A DNA stretch of 64,000 bases, from contig CAWBOC010000009.1 of the NCBI GenBank assembly GCA_963790305.1, positions 224,001 to 288,000 on the forward strand. The letters run 5' to 3'. Position numbers and translations under genes: made by a program. This stretch comes from an uncultured Gemmatimonadaceae bacterium. Its GTDB lineage: Bacteria; Gemmatimonadota; Gemmatimonadetes; Gemmatimonadales; Gemmatimonadaceae. The notes under the pieces are model-generated. The model had not been told where the DNA came from and searched no databases. It saw only the letters and a list, made by a program, of their open reading frames with translations. Below, piece after piece: positions 10,624-21,212 of this stretch. Numbering within the stretch: the first letter of the stretch is position 1; every line of letters starts with the position of its first letter.

Positions 10624-11829
10624 TTACCGGTACGTCGGATCCAGCTCCGCAAGCTGCGCGCGGATCGACGACCACGCATTCTGGATCTGCGACGACGCCC
10701 GTGCCCGCTGAAGGGCACCATCCACCCGCTTGGCCGCGCCGACCAGCGCCTTACCTGCCAGTGCAGAGCCCTCGATGTTGCCGGAAACACGCACGAGTTG
10801 CTCATACAGCGAGGCATTGTCGGCGAACGCGGAGAGCGCGAACCACAGGTCGACATCGCCCTCCGCGTATGCCCGGCGCGCATCGAGGCGACCGCTCGCG
10901 GAGATCGCCAGGTCCTGACGGTGGCGGCCCACTAAACTCTGGGCACCACGCCGCAGAAGCGATGCCTCCTCCGGCGAGAGAGTCGCGGCATTCGCTGCAT
11001 CCGCCGTCGCTGAGAGACCGAGCGCCTGCGCGGTCCGGCCGTCGAGATTACCGGTCGCAATGATGCCTTTGTCGATCTGGAACTCGAACAGCGCGCGCTG
11101 CGTGGCGTCGTCGAGCTGCCCGTTGATCGAACCGCGATAATAGTTCTGCTGCGCGAGTACCTGCTGAGCGGCGCGAATTCGGTCCGCAGCCGTGTAGATC
11201 GTGAACGCATCGGGCGCCCGTGCGGCCCCGCGGCGACTCAGGACCAGGCCCTGTTCGAGCTGAACCGCGAGCGGGGTGCCCGCCGGCACCCGAACGTCGC
11301 GTGCCTCCGACAGCAGATTGCCCAGTGCAGCCATGATTCCCGACGTGGGACTCCTCTCAGATCCGGCTCCCGCGATTGCCGCCCCCACCCCACCACGTCC
11401 CCCGACCAGCACGACGCGGGCGTTGGGATCCGATTCTATCTGGCGCCGCTCGGCGGCGTCGGTGCTCGTCAACTTTCCGCTCAAGTTGTACGCCTTGCCG
11501 TCGGGCAAGCTCAGCCGATCGAAATTGACCTCGATGACGCCCGACCGCTGCCGATCAGCTGCCTGGGCGAAAGTGACAACTCCCCGGATCCGGCTACCCG
11601 ACGGAATGACGGTGTAGTTGTCCACACGTACGGTATCGGCCACGACCGTCTCGAAGGTCTGACCAACCTTCGCGGTCGCGGACTCGAGCGCGCTCGAGGT
11701 GCGAACGATAATGACGCTACCCTCTGGCAGTACGAGTCGCGTCTGCGCAGCGAGTCCCGACACGGAGAGGAGCGTGAAGCTGAGGGCCCACACGCCGCGT
11801 TCTGAGAACTTCGTTCGACGGGATCTCAT
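10624..11829 (-). CDS. Secreted protein with a beta-rich N-domain and a PG_binding_1 peptidoglycan-binding domain
   Basis: Signal peptide; IRAAQQVLAQQNYYRGSINGQLDDATQRALFEFQ..KG...TGNLD..T..ALG fits PG_binding_1. Confidence 0.78.
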   Translation of the reverse strand: MRSRRTKFSERGVWALSFTLLSVSGLAAQTRLVLPEGSVIIVRTSSALESATAKVGQTFETVVADTVRVDNYTVIPSGSRIRGVVTFAQAADRQRSGVIEVNFDRLSLPDGKAYNLSGKLTSTDAAERRQIESDPNARVVLVGGRGGVGAAIAGAGSERSPTSGIMAALGNLLSEARDVRVPAGTPLAVQLEQGLVLSRRGAARAPDAFTIYTAADRIRAAQQVLAQQNYYRGSINGQLDDATQRALFEFQIDKGIIATGNLDGRTAQALGLSATADAANAATLSPEEASLLRRGAQSLVGRHRQDLAISASGRLDARRAYAEGDVDLWFALSAFADNASLYEQLVRVSGNIEGSALAGKALVGAAKRVDGALQRARASSQIQNAWSSIRAQLAELDPTYR

Positions 11830-11949
11830 GGTTGACACCCCTTCTAAATGAGCATGATAACGCCGGCCCGTTCACGACATCGGTTAGCACGGATCGTTCC
11901 GCCTCGCTCTCTGGCGGTTGGACTATCTCCGCTTCCGAGCGGTGACGGC

Positions 11950-12414
11950 GTGGCCCTGACACTCTGGATCGACGCCGACGCGGCCCCACGAGACGTGAAG
12001 GACATCTGCGTCCGAGCCTCTGGACGCCTCATGCTCGCGACGGTCCTTGTGGCCAATCAGCGTCTGCAACTCCCGCCAGGGTATCCACATCTGTCGGCCG
12101 TTCGGGTCGACGGCGGACCGGACGCGGCCGACCGCTACATCGCGGAGCACGCTGCCGCAGGTGATGTTGCCGTCACGGCGGACATCCCGCTGGCCGCAGT
12201 CCTGGTACCCAAAGGAGTCGTCGTCCTCGACCCGCGCGGTGAGGAGTACACGATGGAGAGCATTGGGGAGCGCCTGTCGGTTCGAAACTTCATGGACGGA
12301 CTCCGAGGGGCCGGCGTCGAGACCGGGGGCCACGTCGCCTACGGCTCGCGCGAGAAGCAGGCGTTCGCGAATGCGCTCGACCGGGCGCTCACGCGCGCGA
12401 TACAGCGGCGCTGA
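11950..12414 (+). CDS. YaiI/YqxD (DUF188) family protein
   Basis: LWIDADAAP, DAADRYI, VTADIPLA, LDPRGEEYT..SIGERL..RNFM..LR. Confidence 0.92.
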   Translation: MALTLWIDADAAPRDVKDICVRASGRLMLATVLVANQRLQLPPGYPHLSAVRVDGGPDAADRYIAEHAAAGDVAVTADIPLAAVLVPKGVVVLDPRGEEYTMESIGERLSVRNFMDGLRGAGVETGGHVAYGSREKQAFANALDRALTRAIQRR

Positions 12415-12493
12415 CTTCCGTGCCCGCGAGCGCCGGCAGGCCCGCGCGCAAGACCTTGTGACACGATTCGTGGGCGCTGATCGTTGACGGACG

Positions 12494-13735
12494 ATGCGCT
12501 ACGCGGACGTCATCACGGTTGCGCTCAGCCAGCTGCGCGCGAATGCGCTGAGGTCGTTCTTCACGACCCTGGGCATCGTCGTCTCGGTCGCGTTTCTCGT
12601 GGCGGTGGTCGCGATCATTCAGGGGATGAACGCGTACGTGCGGGAGAACATCGCTGACGCGATCATTGGCGCCAATGCGTTTCAGGTCCGGCGCGTCCCC
12701 ATTCGCGTCGGCTTCTTCGACGATGAGGAATGGAAGCGCATCCAGCGGCGGCCGCGTGTGACCGCCGACGACGCGCGCAACGTCGCGGCGGCGATTCCGA
12801 ACGCCGTCGCCGTCGGGATGACCTCTGGGTGGCCGACACCGCAGGCGGATGTCGAGTGGCGCGACCGCACCGTCGGTGACGTGCTCGTCTTCGGGGTGAC
12901 GCCGCCCTATCAGGTGGTGCAGGATTATCGCTTCGCGTCCGGCCGCCCGCTCACCGAGATCGACGTGCGTGAGCGCCGGCCAGTGGTCGTGCTCGGCTGG
13001 GACATCGCCGATCGCCTGTTCGAGGGCGCGGACCCGATCGGCCGCCACGTGCGCATCATCGGCCAACGGTTCGAGGTGATCGGGGTGGTCGAGAAAAAGG
13101 GACGCGTACTCGGCCAATCGTTCGACGGCTTCGTCATGCTTCCGCTGAGCGCGTTCGAAAGCCTGTACGGGCGCCGGCAGACGACCACGATCTCGGTGAA
13201 GATGGGCGAAGCCGCGGACGTCGCCGGCGGCATGCGACGCGCTGAAGAGGCAATGCGTATCGCGCACGGGCTGCGGCCCGGGGAGGACAACGACTTCTCC
13301 GTCGAGACGGCCGACGCGCTGGTCGACTTCTGGAAGCGCCTGACGCGGGTGTTGTTCAGCGCGATCCCGGCCGTCGTCGCGATCGGTATCGTCGTCGGTG
13401 GCATCGTCATCATGAACATCATGTTGATGGCGGTGAACGAGCGCACCCGCGAGATCGGCATTCGGAAATCGGTGGGCGCGCGTGCGCGCGATATTCGTCG
13501 CCAGTTTCTCGCTGAGGCCGTGGCGCTCGCCACGCTGGGAGGTATTGGCGGTGTCGGTGCGGGATGGGCATTCGCGCAGCTCGTCGCGGCCGTGTCGCCG
13601 CTTCCTGCTCGAGTGACGCTCTGGTCCGTGGTGCTCGCGCTGGCGCTCGGCGCAGGGGTCGGTGTGCTGTTCGGCGTCTACCCCGCCTCACGAGCAGCGC
13701 GACTCAACCCCATCGCCGCGCTGCGAGCGGAATGA
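12494..13735 (+). CDS. MacB/FtsX-type ABC permease
   Basis: [49 protein letters not shown]. Confidence 0.92.
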   Translation: MRYADVITVALSQLRANALRSFFTTLGIVVSVAFLVAVVAIIQGMNAYVRENIADAIIGANAFQVRRVPIRVGFFDDEEWKRIQRRPRVTADDARNVAAAIPNAVAVGMTSGWPTPQADVEWRDRTVGDVLVFGVTPPYQVVQDYRFASGRPLTEIDVRERRPVVVLGWDIADRLFEGADPIGRHVRIIGQRFEVIGVVEKKGRVLGQSFDGFVMLPLSAFESLYGRRQTTTISVKMGEAADVAGGMRRAEEAMRIAHGLRPGEDNDFSVETADALVDFWKRLTRVLFSAIPAVVAIGIVVGGIVIMNIMLMAVNERTREIGIRKSVGARARDIRRQFLAEAVALATLGGIGGVGAGWAFAQLVAAVSPLPARVTLWSVVLALALGAGVGVLFGVYPASRAARLNPIAALRAE

Positions 13736-15003
13736 GTCCTGTCCTCAAGGCCCTGCGCGCCGTTCGCGCGGACACGCTGGCCGAGAACATCGGCATCGCG
13801 CTCGACACTTTGCGCGCCAACAAGCTGCGATCGGGTCTCACGGTGCTGGGCGTTGTCATTGGCGTATCGACGGTGATGGCGATGGCGGCCATCGTGCAGG
13901 GCATCCGCGAGCAGATCGTGCACACGATCGAGATCGCCGGGCCGACGACGTTCTACGTGATCAAATACTTCTCGCAGACGCCGCTCAATCCGGACCAGTT
14001 GCCCAAGGAAGTTCGCGTTCGGCCCGATCTCAACGCGAGGGATGCCGAGCGAATCGCGCAGCTGCCGGAGGTGGATTACAGCGCGGTCTGGGCCCAGCTG
14101 TTCGGGCGCCTCGAGTATCGCGGTGCCCGCACGCAGATGATCACCTTCTTCGGCGCGGACGAGCGGTACCAGGAGGTCCAGGGCGGCGAGCTCGTCGACG
14201 GACGGTGGTTCACCTCGGCCGAGCTCGCCAGTGGCGCTGCCGTGGTCGTGCTCGACGAAGGGATGGCCCGCCGGATCTTCGGCTACGTGAACCCGTTAGG
14301 CGAGCGCGTGCAGGTCTCGGGACGGCCGGCTCGCGTGATCGGGCTCTACGTGCCTCCCGAGAATATCTTCGCGCCTCCCGGACAGGAGATCGGCGCGATC
14401 ATCCCGTTTCGGATGGCGGACCAGCAGTACACGATCGACAAGACCAACGCCCTGTGGATCGTGGTGAAACCCCGCCCCGGAGTGACGGTCGCGGAAGCGC
14501 AGGACGCCGTCACGGTGGCGTTGCGCAACATGCGCAAGCTGCGGCCTGGCGATCCAAACACGTTCGACCTGATCACGCAGGACCAGATCCTCGATACGTT
14601 CAACAAGATCACCGGTGTGTTCTTTCTGGTGATGATCGTGCTCTCGAGCGTCGCCCTGCTGGTGGGCGGCATTGGCGTCATGGCGATCATGATGGTGTCG
14701 GTCACCGATCGCACGCGTGAGATCGGCGTTCGCAAGGCGTTGGGCGCCACGCGACGCGACATCCTCGTGCAATTCCTCATCGAGGCCGCGACGCTCACCG
14801 GCATTGGCGGCGCCATCGGCATCGCGTTCGGCCTGATGTTCGGTACCCTCATCACGCGCGTCATGGACATCCAGGCCGGCGTTCCGATGTGGTCCGCGGC
14901 GATCGCTGCCGCCGTGTCGATCGCGATCGGCATTGTCTTCGGCCTGCTTCCCGCCAACCGCGCGGCGCGTCTGGAGCCAGTGGAGGCGCTGAGGTACGAG
15001 TAA
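13732..15003 (+). CDS. MacB/FtsX-type ABC permease
   Basis: NKLRSGLTVLGVVIGV, IMMVSVTDRTREIGVRKALGA; ATGA overlap with the upstream gene. Confidence 0.92.
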   Translation: MSPVLKALRAVRADTLAENIGIALDTLRANKLRSGLTVLGVVIGVSTVMAMAAIVQGIREQIVHTIEIAGPTTFYVIKYFSQTPLNPDQLPKEVRVRPDLNARDAERIAQLPEVDYSAVWAQLFGRLEYRGARTQMITFFGADERYQEVQGGELVDGRWFTSAELASGAAVVVLDEGMARRIFGYVNPLGERVQVSGRPARVIGLYVPPENIFAPPGQEIGAIIPFRMADQQYTIDKTNALWIVVKPRPGVTVAEAQDAVTVALRNMRKLRPGDPNTFDLITQDQILDTFNKITGVFFLVMIVLSSVALLVGGIGVMAIMMVSVTDRTREIGVRKALGATRRDILVQFLIEAATLTGIGGAIGIAFGLMFGTLITRVMDIQAGVPMWSAAIAAAVSIAIGIVFGLLPANRAARLEPVEALRYE

Positions 15004-15010
15004 GGGCGAC

Positions 15011-15078
15011 TACGGAATGCGGAATGCGGAAGTCCGTGATGGAGCGACCTTACGAACTTCCGCATTCCGCATTCCGTA
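15011..15078. repeat. Palindrome of 7-bp (GCGGAAT) tandem units
   Basis: Perfect 23-bp inverted repeat TACGGAATGCGGAATGCGGAAGT (15011-15033) / 15056-15078. Confidence 0.92.
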
Positions 15079-15102
15079 TTCGGCCCCTTATCTTCCCTCC
15101 CC

Positions 15103-15819
15103 ATGTCGGTCGACATTCTCGCCATCGCCGCGCACCGGGATGACGTCGAGCTCACCTGTGGCGGGACGCTGCTGGCGGCGGCGGCGCGCGGGCGACGTAC
15201 GGCGATCATCGATCTCACCGGGGGGGAAGCCGGCACGCGGGGCTCGGCGGAGCTGCGCGCGAAGGAGGCGGAGCGCGCAGCGCACGTACTCGGCGTCACC
15301 GCACGCGAGAACCTCGGATTCCCCGATGCCGCGTTGGTGAATACACCGGACTCGCGCGCGAAGGTTGCCGTCGCGATCCGGCGCTTTCGTCCGCGCGTCG
15401 TCATTGCGCCGGCCTCGTATGGGCGGCATCCCGATCATCGCATTGCCGCCGAGCTCGTGCGTGACGCGTGCTTCATCGCGGGATTGGCCAAGGTGGAGCC
15501 GGGCGTTCCCGCGCATCGACCGTTCAAGATCGTGCATTCCCTCACCTATCGTGAGGATCCGGTGAAGCCGACGTTCATCGTCGATATCAGCGAAGTCTTC
15601 GAGCGAAAGCTGGAGGCGATCCGATGCTACGCCTCGCAGTTCGACGGCGTCACGCAAGCGGGCGAAGTGTACCCCAACGGCGATCCCCTGCTCGACATCG
15701 TTCGGCATCAGGCGGCGCACTACGGATCGCAGATTCGCACCCGGTACGGAGAACCGTTCTTCACCCACGAAACGATGCGCGTCGACGACATCGCGGCGCT
15801 CGAGGTGTCGACATTTTGA
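15103..15819 (+). CDS. bshB1: Bacillithiol biosynthesis deacetylase BshB1 (PIG-L family)
   Basis: DILAIAAHRDDVELTCGGTL, DLTGGEAGTRG, RHPDH, YGEPF. Confidence 0.85.
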   Translation: MSVDILAIAAHRDDVELTCGGTLLAAAARGRRTAIIDLTGGEAGTRGSAELRAKEAERAAHVLGVTARENLGFPDAALVNTPDSRAKVAVAIRRFRPRVVIAPASYGRHPDHRIAAELVRDACFIAGLAKVEPGVPAHRPFKIVHSLTYREDPVKPTFIVDISEVFERKLEAIRCYASQFDGVTQAGEVYPNGDPLLDIVRHQAAHYGSQIRTRYGEPFFTHETMRVDDIAALEVSTF

Positions 15820-16598
15820 GCGACCATTCCGCGCCCGCCGGCGGCGGGGAGATCACGTACCCCTCGTATCTCGCTCTCGACGAGCTCCTCACGCTGCAGC
15901 GTCCACGCTCGACCCCCGAGCACCCTGATGAGCTGCTCTTCATCGTCGTCCATCAGGCGAGCGAGCTCTGGTTCAAGGTATTGTTGCACGAGCTCGAAGC
16001 GCTGGTGACACAGCTTCAGCGCGGTGACGTTCTCGCCAGCGTGTTCGCCCTCAAGCGCATCAACGCGCTCATGAGCATCGTCACGGCGCAGCTTTCGGCC
16101 CTCGACACCCTGCCGCCGCATCGGTTCGCCGAGTTTCGTGGATACCTCGGCTCCTCCAGTGGATCGCAGAGCGCGCAGTTCCGCGCGCTCGAGGCCGCGT
16201 CGGGACTGCGGGAGCCGCACTTCCTCGCCGCACTCGAGGAGCATGGCGATCCGCCGGCGCTGGTGAAGGAATGGCTCGCGCGTCCGACGCTCCAGCAGCT
16301 GTTCGATGACTTGCTCGATCGACACCACGTGACGCTCGAAGCGGTGTATCAGGACCCTGCGCAGTCACCGCTGCTGATGCTGGCCGAGAGCCTGCTCGAG
16401 TACGAGCAGTCGTTCGCGCTGTGGCGGTATCTGCACGTTCAGCTGGTCGAGCGCATCATCGGTCCCCTCACCGGAGGCACGGGGGGCACGCTTGGCGCAA
16501 AGTACCTCCAGCGGACCGTGTCGCAGCGATTCTTCCCCAAGCTGTGGGAAGTGCGTGCACGATTCTTCGGATCGGATGCAGGGGCGTCGTCGCGGTGA
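15816..16598 (+). CDS. kynA: Tryptophan 2,3-dioxygenase
   Basis: Y..YL.LD.LL..Q, HPDELLFIVVHQASELWFK, SGSQSAQFR, VERIIG..TGGTGGT, FPKLWEVR. Confidence 0.92.
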   Translation: MSDHSAPAGGGEITYPSYLALDELLTLQRPRSTPEHPDELLFIVVHQASELWFKVLLHELEALVTQLQRGDVLASVFALKRINALMSIVTAQLSALDTLPPHRFAEFRGYLGSSSGSQSAQFRALEAASGLREPHFLAALEEHGDPPALVKEWLARPTLQQLFDDLLDRHHVTLEAVYQDPAQSPLLMLAESLLEYEQSFALWRYLHVQLVERIIGPLTGGTGGTLGAKYLQRTVSQRFFPKLWEVRARFFGSDAGASSR

Positions 16599-17224
16599 AG
16601 GAGCTGGACATCTCGATTCCGATGGGCACGCGAACCCCCGAGTGGCCGGGGGACAAGCCGTTCTCGTGCGGGTGGACGATGACGCTCGCGAAAGGCGGCA
16701 GCGTGAATCTCTCCGCCATCACGACGAGCCCGCACGTCGGCACGCACGCCGACGCGCCGCTTCACGTGCACGACGGGTGGCCAGCCTCGCACGAGCTGCC
16801 CTTGAACGTGTTTGCGGGACCCGCGTTCGTGTGCTCCGTCGATCCATCGATCGACACCGTCGAGCCGGGTGATCTGACATCGCTGCCATCCCGGGGCGCG
16901 GTCGAGCGTCTGCTGCTGCGCACCCAGTGCGGCGTCGCCGGCGGAGCATTTCCGAGCCGATGGCCGGTGTTGTCGGTAGACACTGTGCGCATGCTGCTCG
17001 CGCGCGGCCTCGTACTGTTAGGCGTCGACACGCCGTCCCTCGATGGCCTCGACAGCAAGACGCTGGACGTGCACAAGGCGGTCTTCAGCGGCGGCGCGTT
17101 CAATCTGGAAAATCTCGATCTGCGATCCATCGAGGATGGGGAGTACGAGCTCGTCGCCTACCCACTGCTGCTGTCGGATCTGGACGCAGCGCCGGTGCGG
17201 GCGATTCTCAAGGAGAAGCGATGA
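16595..17224 (+). CDS. kynB: Kynurenine formamidase (cyclase family)
   Basis: HVGTHADAPLH, LLGVDTPS.D, ENLDL, DAAPVRAIL; adjacent to kynA. Confidence 0.85.
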   Translation: MKELDISIPMGTRTPEWPGDKPFSCGWTMTLAKGGSVNLSAITTSPHVGTHADAPLHVHDGWPASHELPLNVFAGPAFVCSVDPSIDTVEPGDLTSLPSRGAVERLLLRTQCGVAGGAFPSRWPVLSVDTVRMLLARGLVLLGVDTPSLDGLDSKTLDVHKAVFSGGAFNLENLDLRSIEDGEYELVAYPLLLSDLDAAPVRAILKEKR

Positions 17225-17234
17225 GGAACGAGCA

Positions 17235-19569
17235 GTGAGGCGGTCCGCAGTCGTCGTGTTGATCGGGCTTTTCCCCGCTGTGCTCGCCGCCCAGGATGTC
17301 ACCACCGGCGTCGTGGCTGGCCGTGTCACCGCGCGCACCGATACCGCCGCCGCCGCTCTCGCGGTTCATAACGCCACGGTCACGCTCGTCGGGAGTCCAC
17401 GTGCCACGACCACGGGAGCCGACGGGCACTTCGCCCTCGACCGCGTCCCTCCCGGTCCGGCGACGCTGCGCATCCGCCTTCTCGGATACCGGCTGGCGGA
17501 GCGCAACCTTCTCGTGCGCGCGGGCGATACCGTTCGGGTCGACGTCATCCTCGAGCGCGAAGCACAGCTTCTCTCCCCCATCCGCGTCGACGCCCTGTCC
17601 AGCGATGCGGAAGCGTTCGTATCGAAGCCTAACGTCGCTACGGTGACCGTTGGCGCAGCCGCGATGAAGGGCGTCCCTGGCGTGGGTGAGCCGGACGTCG
17701 TTCGCGTCGTGCAGCTCCTTCCTGGCGTCGTCGCACGCAATGACTTCAACACCGGCCTCAACGTTCGTGGGGGCGAAGCCGATCAGAACCTGATTCTGCT
17801 CGACGGTCATCCGATCTACAATCCGTTTCACCTCGGGGGTCTGTTCAGCACGTTCATGGACGCGACGGTGGGTGGCATTCGAGCTCATGACCGGCGCCTT
17901 TCCCGCCCGCTTCGGCGGCCGGCTGTCGAGTGTGCTCGACGTCCGCTCCGCCGATGAAGCGCGCCCCGGGGTCCACGCGTCGGCAGACCTTTCCGTCATT
18001 GGCGCAACCGCGCGTCTTTCGGGCGCCTCAGGCAATGAACGCGGAACGTGGAGCATCGCTGGACGTCGCACGTACGCCAATGCCGTGACCTCACTGTTCA
18101 GCGACGACATTTTTCCCTACCACTTCCGCGACGTCCATGCGCGCGGAGCCTACGCGCTCTCCGGCAACGTGCGACTGGCGGTGACGGCATACCTCGGCAA
18201 GGACGTTCTGGACGCGAACCTCTCGGAGTTCGAGAGCGACTCGGCGCCATCGAGGGCGAGCGAGGGGCGGTGGGCGTTCAACTGGGGAAATCGCGTCATC
18301 GGCGCGACGATCTCCAAGGACCTCGACGCCACTGCGCGCATCCCGCTGCTCGGGTGGCGGCTTGGCGAGAGCTCGACCCTCGAGCAACGCGTCTCGGCAT
18401 CGCAGTTCTCGACGCTCCTCGACCTGGGCGATGGGGCGTTCGCCCAGCGCAACGAGGTGAGCGATTTCAGGCTCACCGGCTCGCTCGTGGCACGCACGGC
18501 GGCGCACGATCGCTCCATCGGGTACGAGCTCGCCACGCATCGCATTCGCTACTCGTCAGGCTCGACGCAAACGGGGGCCACCGACTTCGACCTGCGACAA
18601 CGCCCGACCTCGGCGGCGGCGTGGATCAACGACTTGTGGCGGCCGTCACCGAGATGGCTCCTCGAATGGGGACTGCGAGCGGAGGCTCTGTCGGAACGCG
18701 ATTGGGCGGCGCTCTCGCCTCGCGTATCGGTGAAGTACTTCGCGACGCCCGAGCTAGCGCTCACCGCGGCCGCTGGTCGCGTCACGCAGTGGATGCACTC
18801 GATGGCTGGGGACGGCCCGCTGCGCTACTTCGAGGTGTGGCTCGCCAGCGACTCCATCACGCCGGTCGCGACCGCGTGGCACTGGGTGGCGGGCGCCGAG
18901 CGACGCGTGCGTGACGTGGGATCGGTTCGGCTCGAGGCGTTCGCCAAGCGCTATGACCGTGTGCTGGAAGCGAACTGGTCCGAGAATCCGCAGGTGCCGG
19001 GTGACGAGTTCTTCGTCGCCGAGGGCAGGTCGTATGGCGCTGACATTCTCGCGCGGTGGCAGCCGACGTCCAGGCTCGCCGGCTGGGTTTCGTACTCGTA
19101 CGGCGTGAGCACACGCTCGCGTGACGGAATGCGCTGGGCGCCCGGCCACGACCGGCGGCATGACGTCGACGTGGTCGCGACCTGGCGGCTCACGAAATAC
19201 CGCTTCGGCGCTCGCTTCGGCTTTGCGACGGGTACGCCATACACGCCGATCGTCGGCGAGATCGCGCGCCGTGTATACGACCCGTCACGGGACAGCTGGG
19301 GAACCGGGAATTCCCGTCTGTGGATCGAGGCCCTGGGCGGGGCACGGAACGGAGCCCGCTTCCCCGCGTCGCACCGGCTTGACCTGGATGCATCGCGTGA
19401 ATTCCAGTTCCGCGGCGCGACGGTCTCGCCGTACGTGAGCGTCGTAAACGCCTACAATGCGCAGAATGTGTTCGTCTACCTCTACGATTACTCGACCAAT
19501 GCTCCGACGCGTCGAGCGATCTCGCAGTTTCCGGTGCTCCCGAGCGTGGGGGTGCGCGTTGTTTTCTAG
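17235..19569 (+). CDS. TonB-dependent receptor with carboxypeptidase-regulatory-like N-domain; apparent frameshift near 17878
   Basis: GEPDVVRVVQLLPGV, VRGGEADQNLILLDG, YNPFHLGGLFSTF, then GAFPARFGGRLSSVLDV in the next frame; C-terminal Phe. Confidence 0.9.
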
Positions 19570-20735
19570 GCGCTTGCCCCAGCTCGCGCTCCTGCTCGTT
19601 CTCGTGGCATGCGAGATCGAGGAAGTCGGGATTCCCCGCACGGACGCGCAGGTCGCGCTGCACGCGGTGTTGAGCGCGAGCGCGCCGAACCAGGTCGTGC
19701 TCCTCGAGCGGACGAGAAATGGGACGGTCGCGATCACCGCGCCGGCCTTCGAGGTGCCTGACCCCGTGTTGAGCGATGAGGGCATCGCGGAGAGCGGGGC
19801 GATCATCACGCTGACGACTCCGAGCGGCCGGACGCTCGTGGCGCGTGAGGACATCACGGTCCGCGGCGACAATAAGGGGCGCGGCGTTTATCGATTCGCC
19901 CTTCCCGGCGATTCGCTCGAACGCGGCGGCACGTACCAGCTCAACGTGCGAACGGTGAGGAATGAGGTTCTCGCCGCGGAGACATCGGTGCCGGCGGGAA
20001 ACCCCGCCGTGGCAGCCGTCCAGGACACGTTCGATCGCGTGCAGGATACGCTCCTGCTCGCGTGGCCGTCCGCTCCCGGAGCGCGCAGCTACCTGGTCCG
20101 CATCGAGACGCCCTTCGGTCCGCGGTCTTTCTTCACGGACGGCACGCAGGTCCGCCTGACTGGCGAGCTGCGCAACATCGACGTCGATGCGCTCCCCCGC
20201 GTTTTCATCCCGGGGTTTCCGCAGGCGGTGACGGTCTCGGCGGTCGACTCCAACTTTTTCGACTGGTTCCGAACGCACAGCAACGCCATTCTCGGGTACC
20301 GGGCTGATCAATCGTGTCAGCGGCGGGATCGGCGTATTCGGCTCGGTGGTGCGACTGCGCTTCGAGGACTACCACGTCGTATCGCCGCAGACGGAGCCGG
20401 AAGCAGGGACGTTTCGGTTCGTGGGCACGCCAGAGCAACAGATCTCGACGCCGGTGCTCGGCCTGGAGCTGTATGTCGAGTCGCGGGCTGCGCGGGCGGA
20501 TCAGGCGCACGCCGTGAGCGGCCGCTATCACAAGCGCCCGGCGTTGGGTCAGGTCGGGTGCCTCACCTGCGGCCTACTCGGTACCGCGCGGGATGGTCGC
20601 GTCGAGCTGGCCTTACTGGGCGACTGGTACGCGCGAGACACGGCGGACCTGTTCGTGGGGCAGATACGCGGGGATACGATCGTCGGCACCTTCCGCGCGG
20701 CCGGCGGGCTCGTGCGGTTCGTTAGGCAGCCGTAG
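19559..20735 (+). CDS. DUF4249-like lipoprotein partner of the TonB receptor; apparent frameshift near 20290
   Basis: Lipobox-like LVAC; after the shift it reads LINRVSGGIGVFGS. Start uncertain. Confidence 0.65.
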
Positions 20736-20744
20736 CGCCAAGGC

Positions 20745-21209
20745 TCACGGGCGCTCCGCTGGAGCCGGTGCGTCGCGATAGACGGTCTCTGGAGACGGGC
20801 GGAGGAGCTTGATCAGATCCTCTGGCGGTACGCCAGGCCCTGCGGAGCGCACGGGAATGCGACCGTTGGGCGGCAGGAGGGGAGCCGTCGACGGCCCCGG
20901 CAGGATATCGATCGTTTTGTCGCCGAGGAGTCCGAGTGTCCGCACGTCAGCGGAATCGCCTGTTCGGAGCGGGACCTCCTGATGAAAAGCGAGATCAACC
21001 GCCAGGCCATTGGTATCGAAAGCCATTCGCGACACGATGCCAACCACGACGCCGCGATAGGTGACCGTCGAGCCTTCGCGCAGTCCCTCGCTGTGGCTCA
21101 TCACCGTGCGCGCCCGCTGCACCGTGCGCTCGCTGCGCCACACCCGTACCGAGAGCGCAGCGACGATCGCGACAGCGACGGCGAGCGTGGCAATGAGCCG
21201 AGCCGGCAT
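20745..21209 (-). CDS. MlaD/MCE domain protein
   Basis: N-terminal anchor, GLREGSTVTYRGVVVGIV, GLLGDKTIDILPG. Confidence 0.88.
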   Translation of the reverse strand: MPARLIATLAVAVAIVAALSVRVWRSERTVQRARTVMSHSEGLREGSTVTYRGVVVGIVSRMAFDTNGLAVDLAFHQEVPLRTGDSADVRTLGLLGDKTIDILPGPSTAPLLPPNGRIPVRSAGPGVPPEDLIKLLRPSPETVYRDAPAPAERP

Positions 21210-21212
21210 GGG

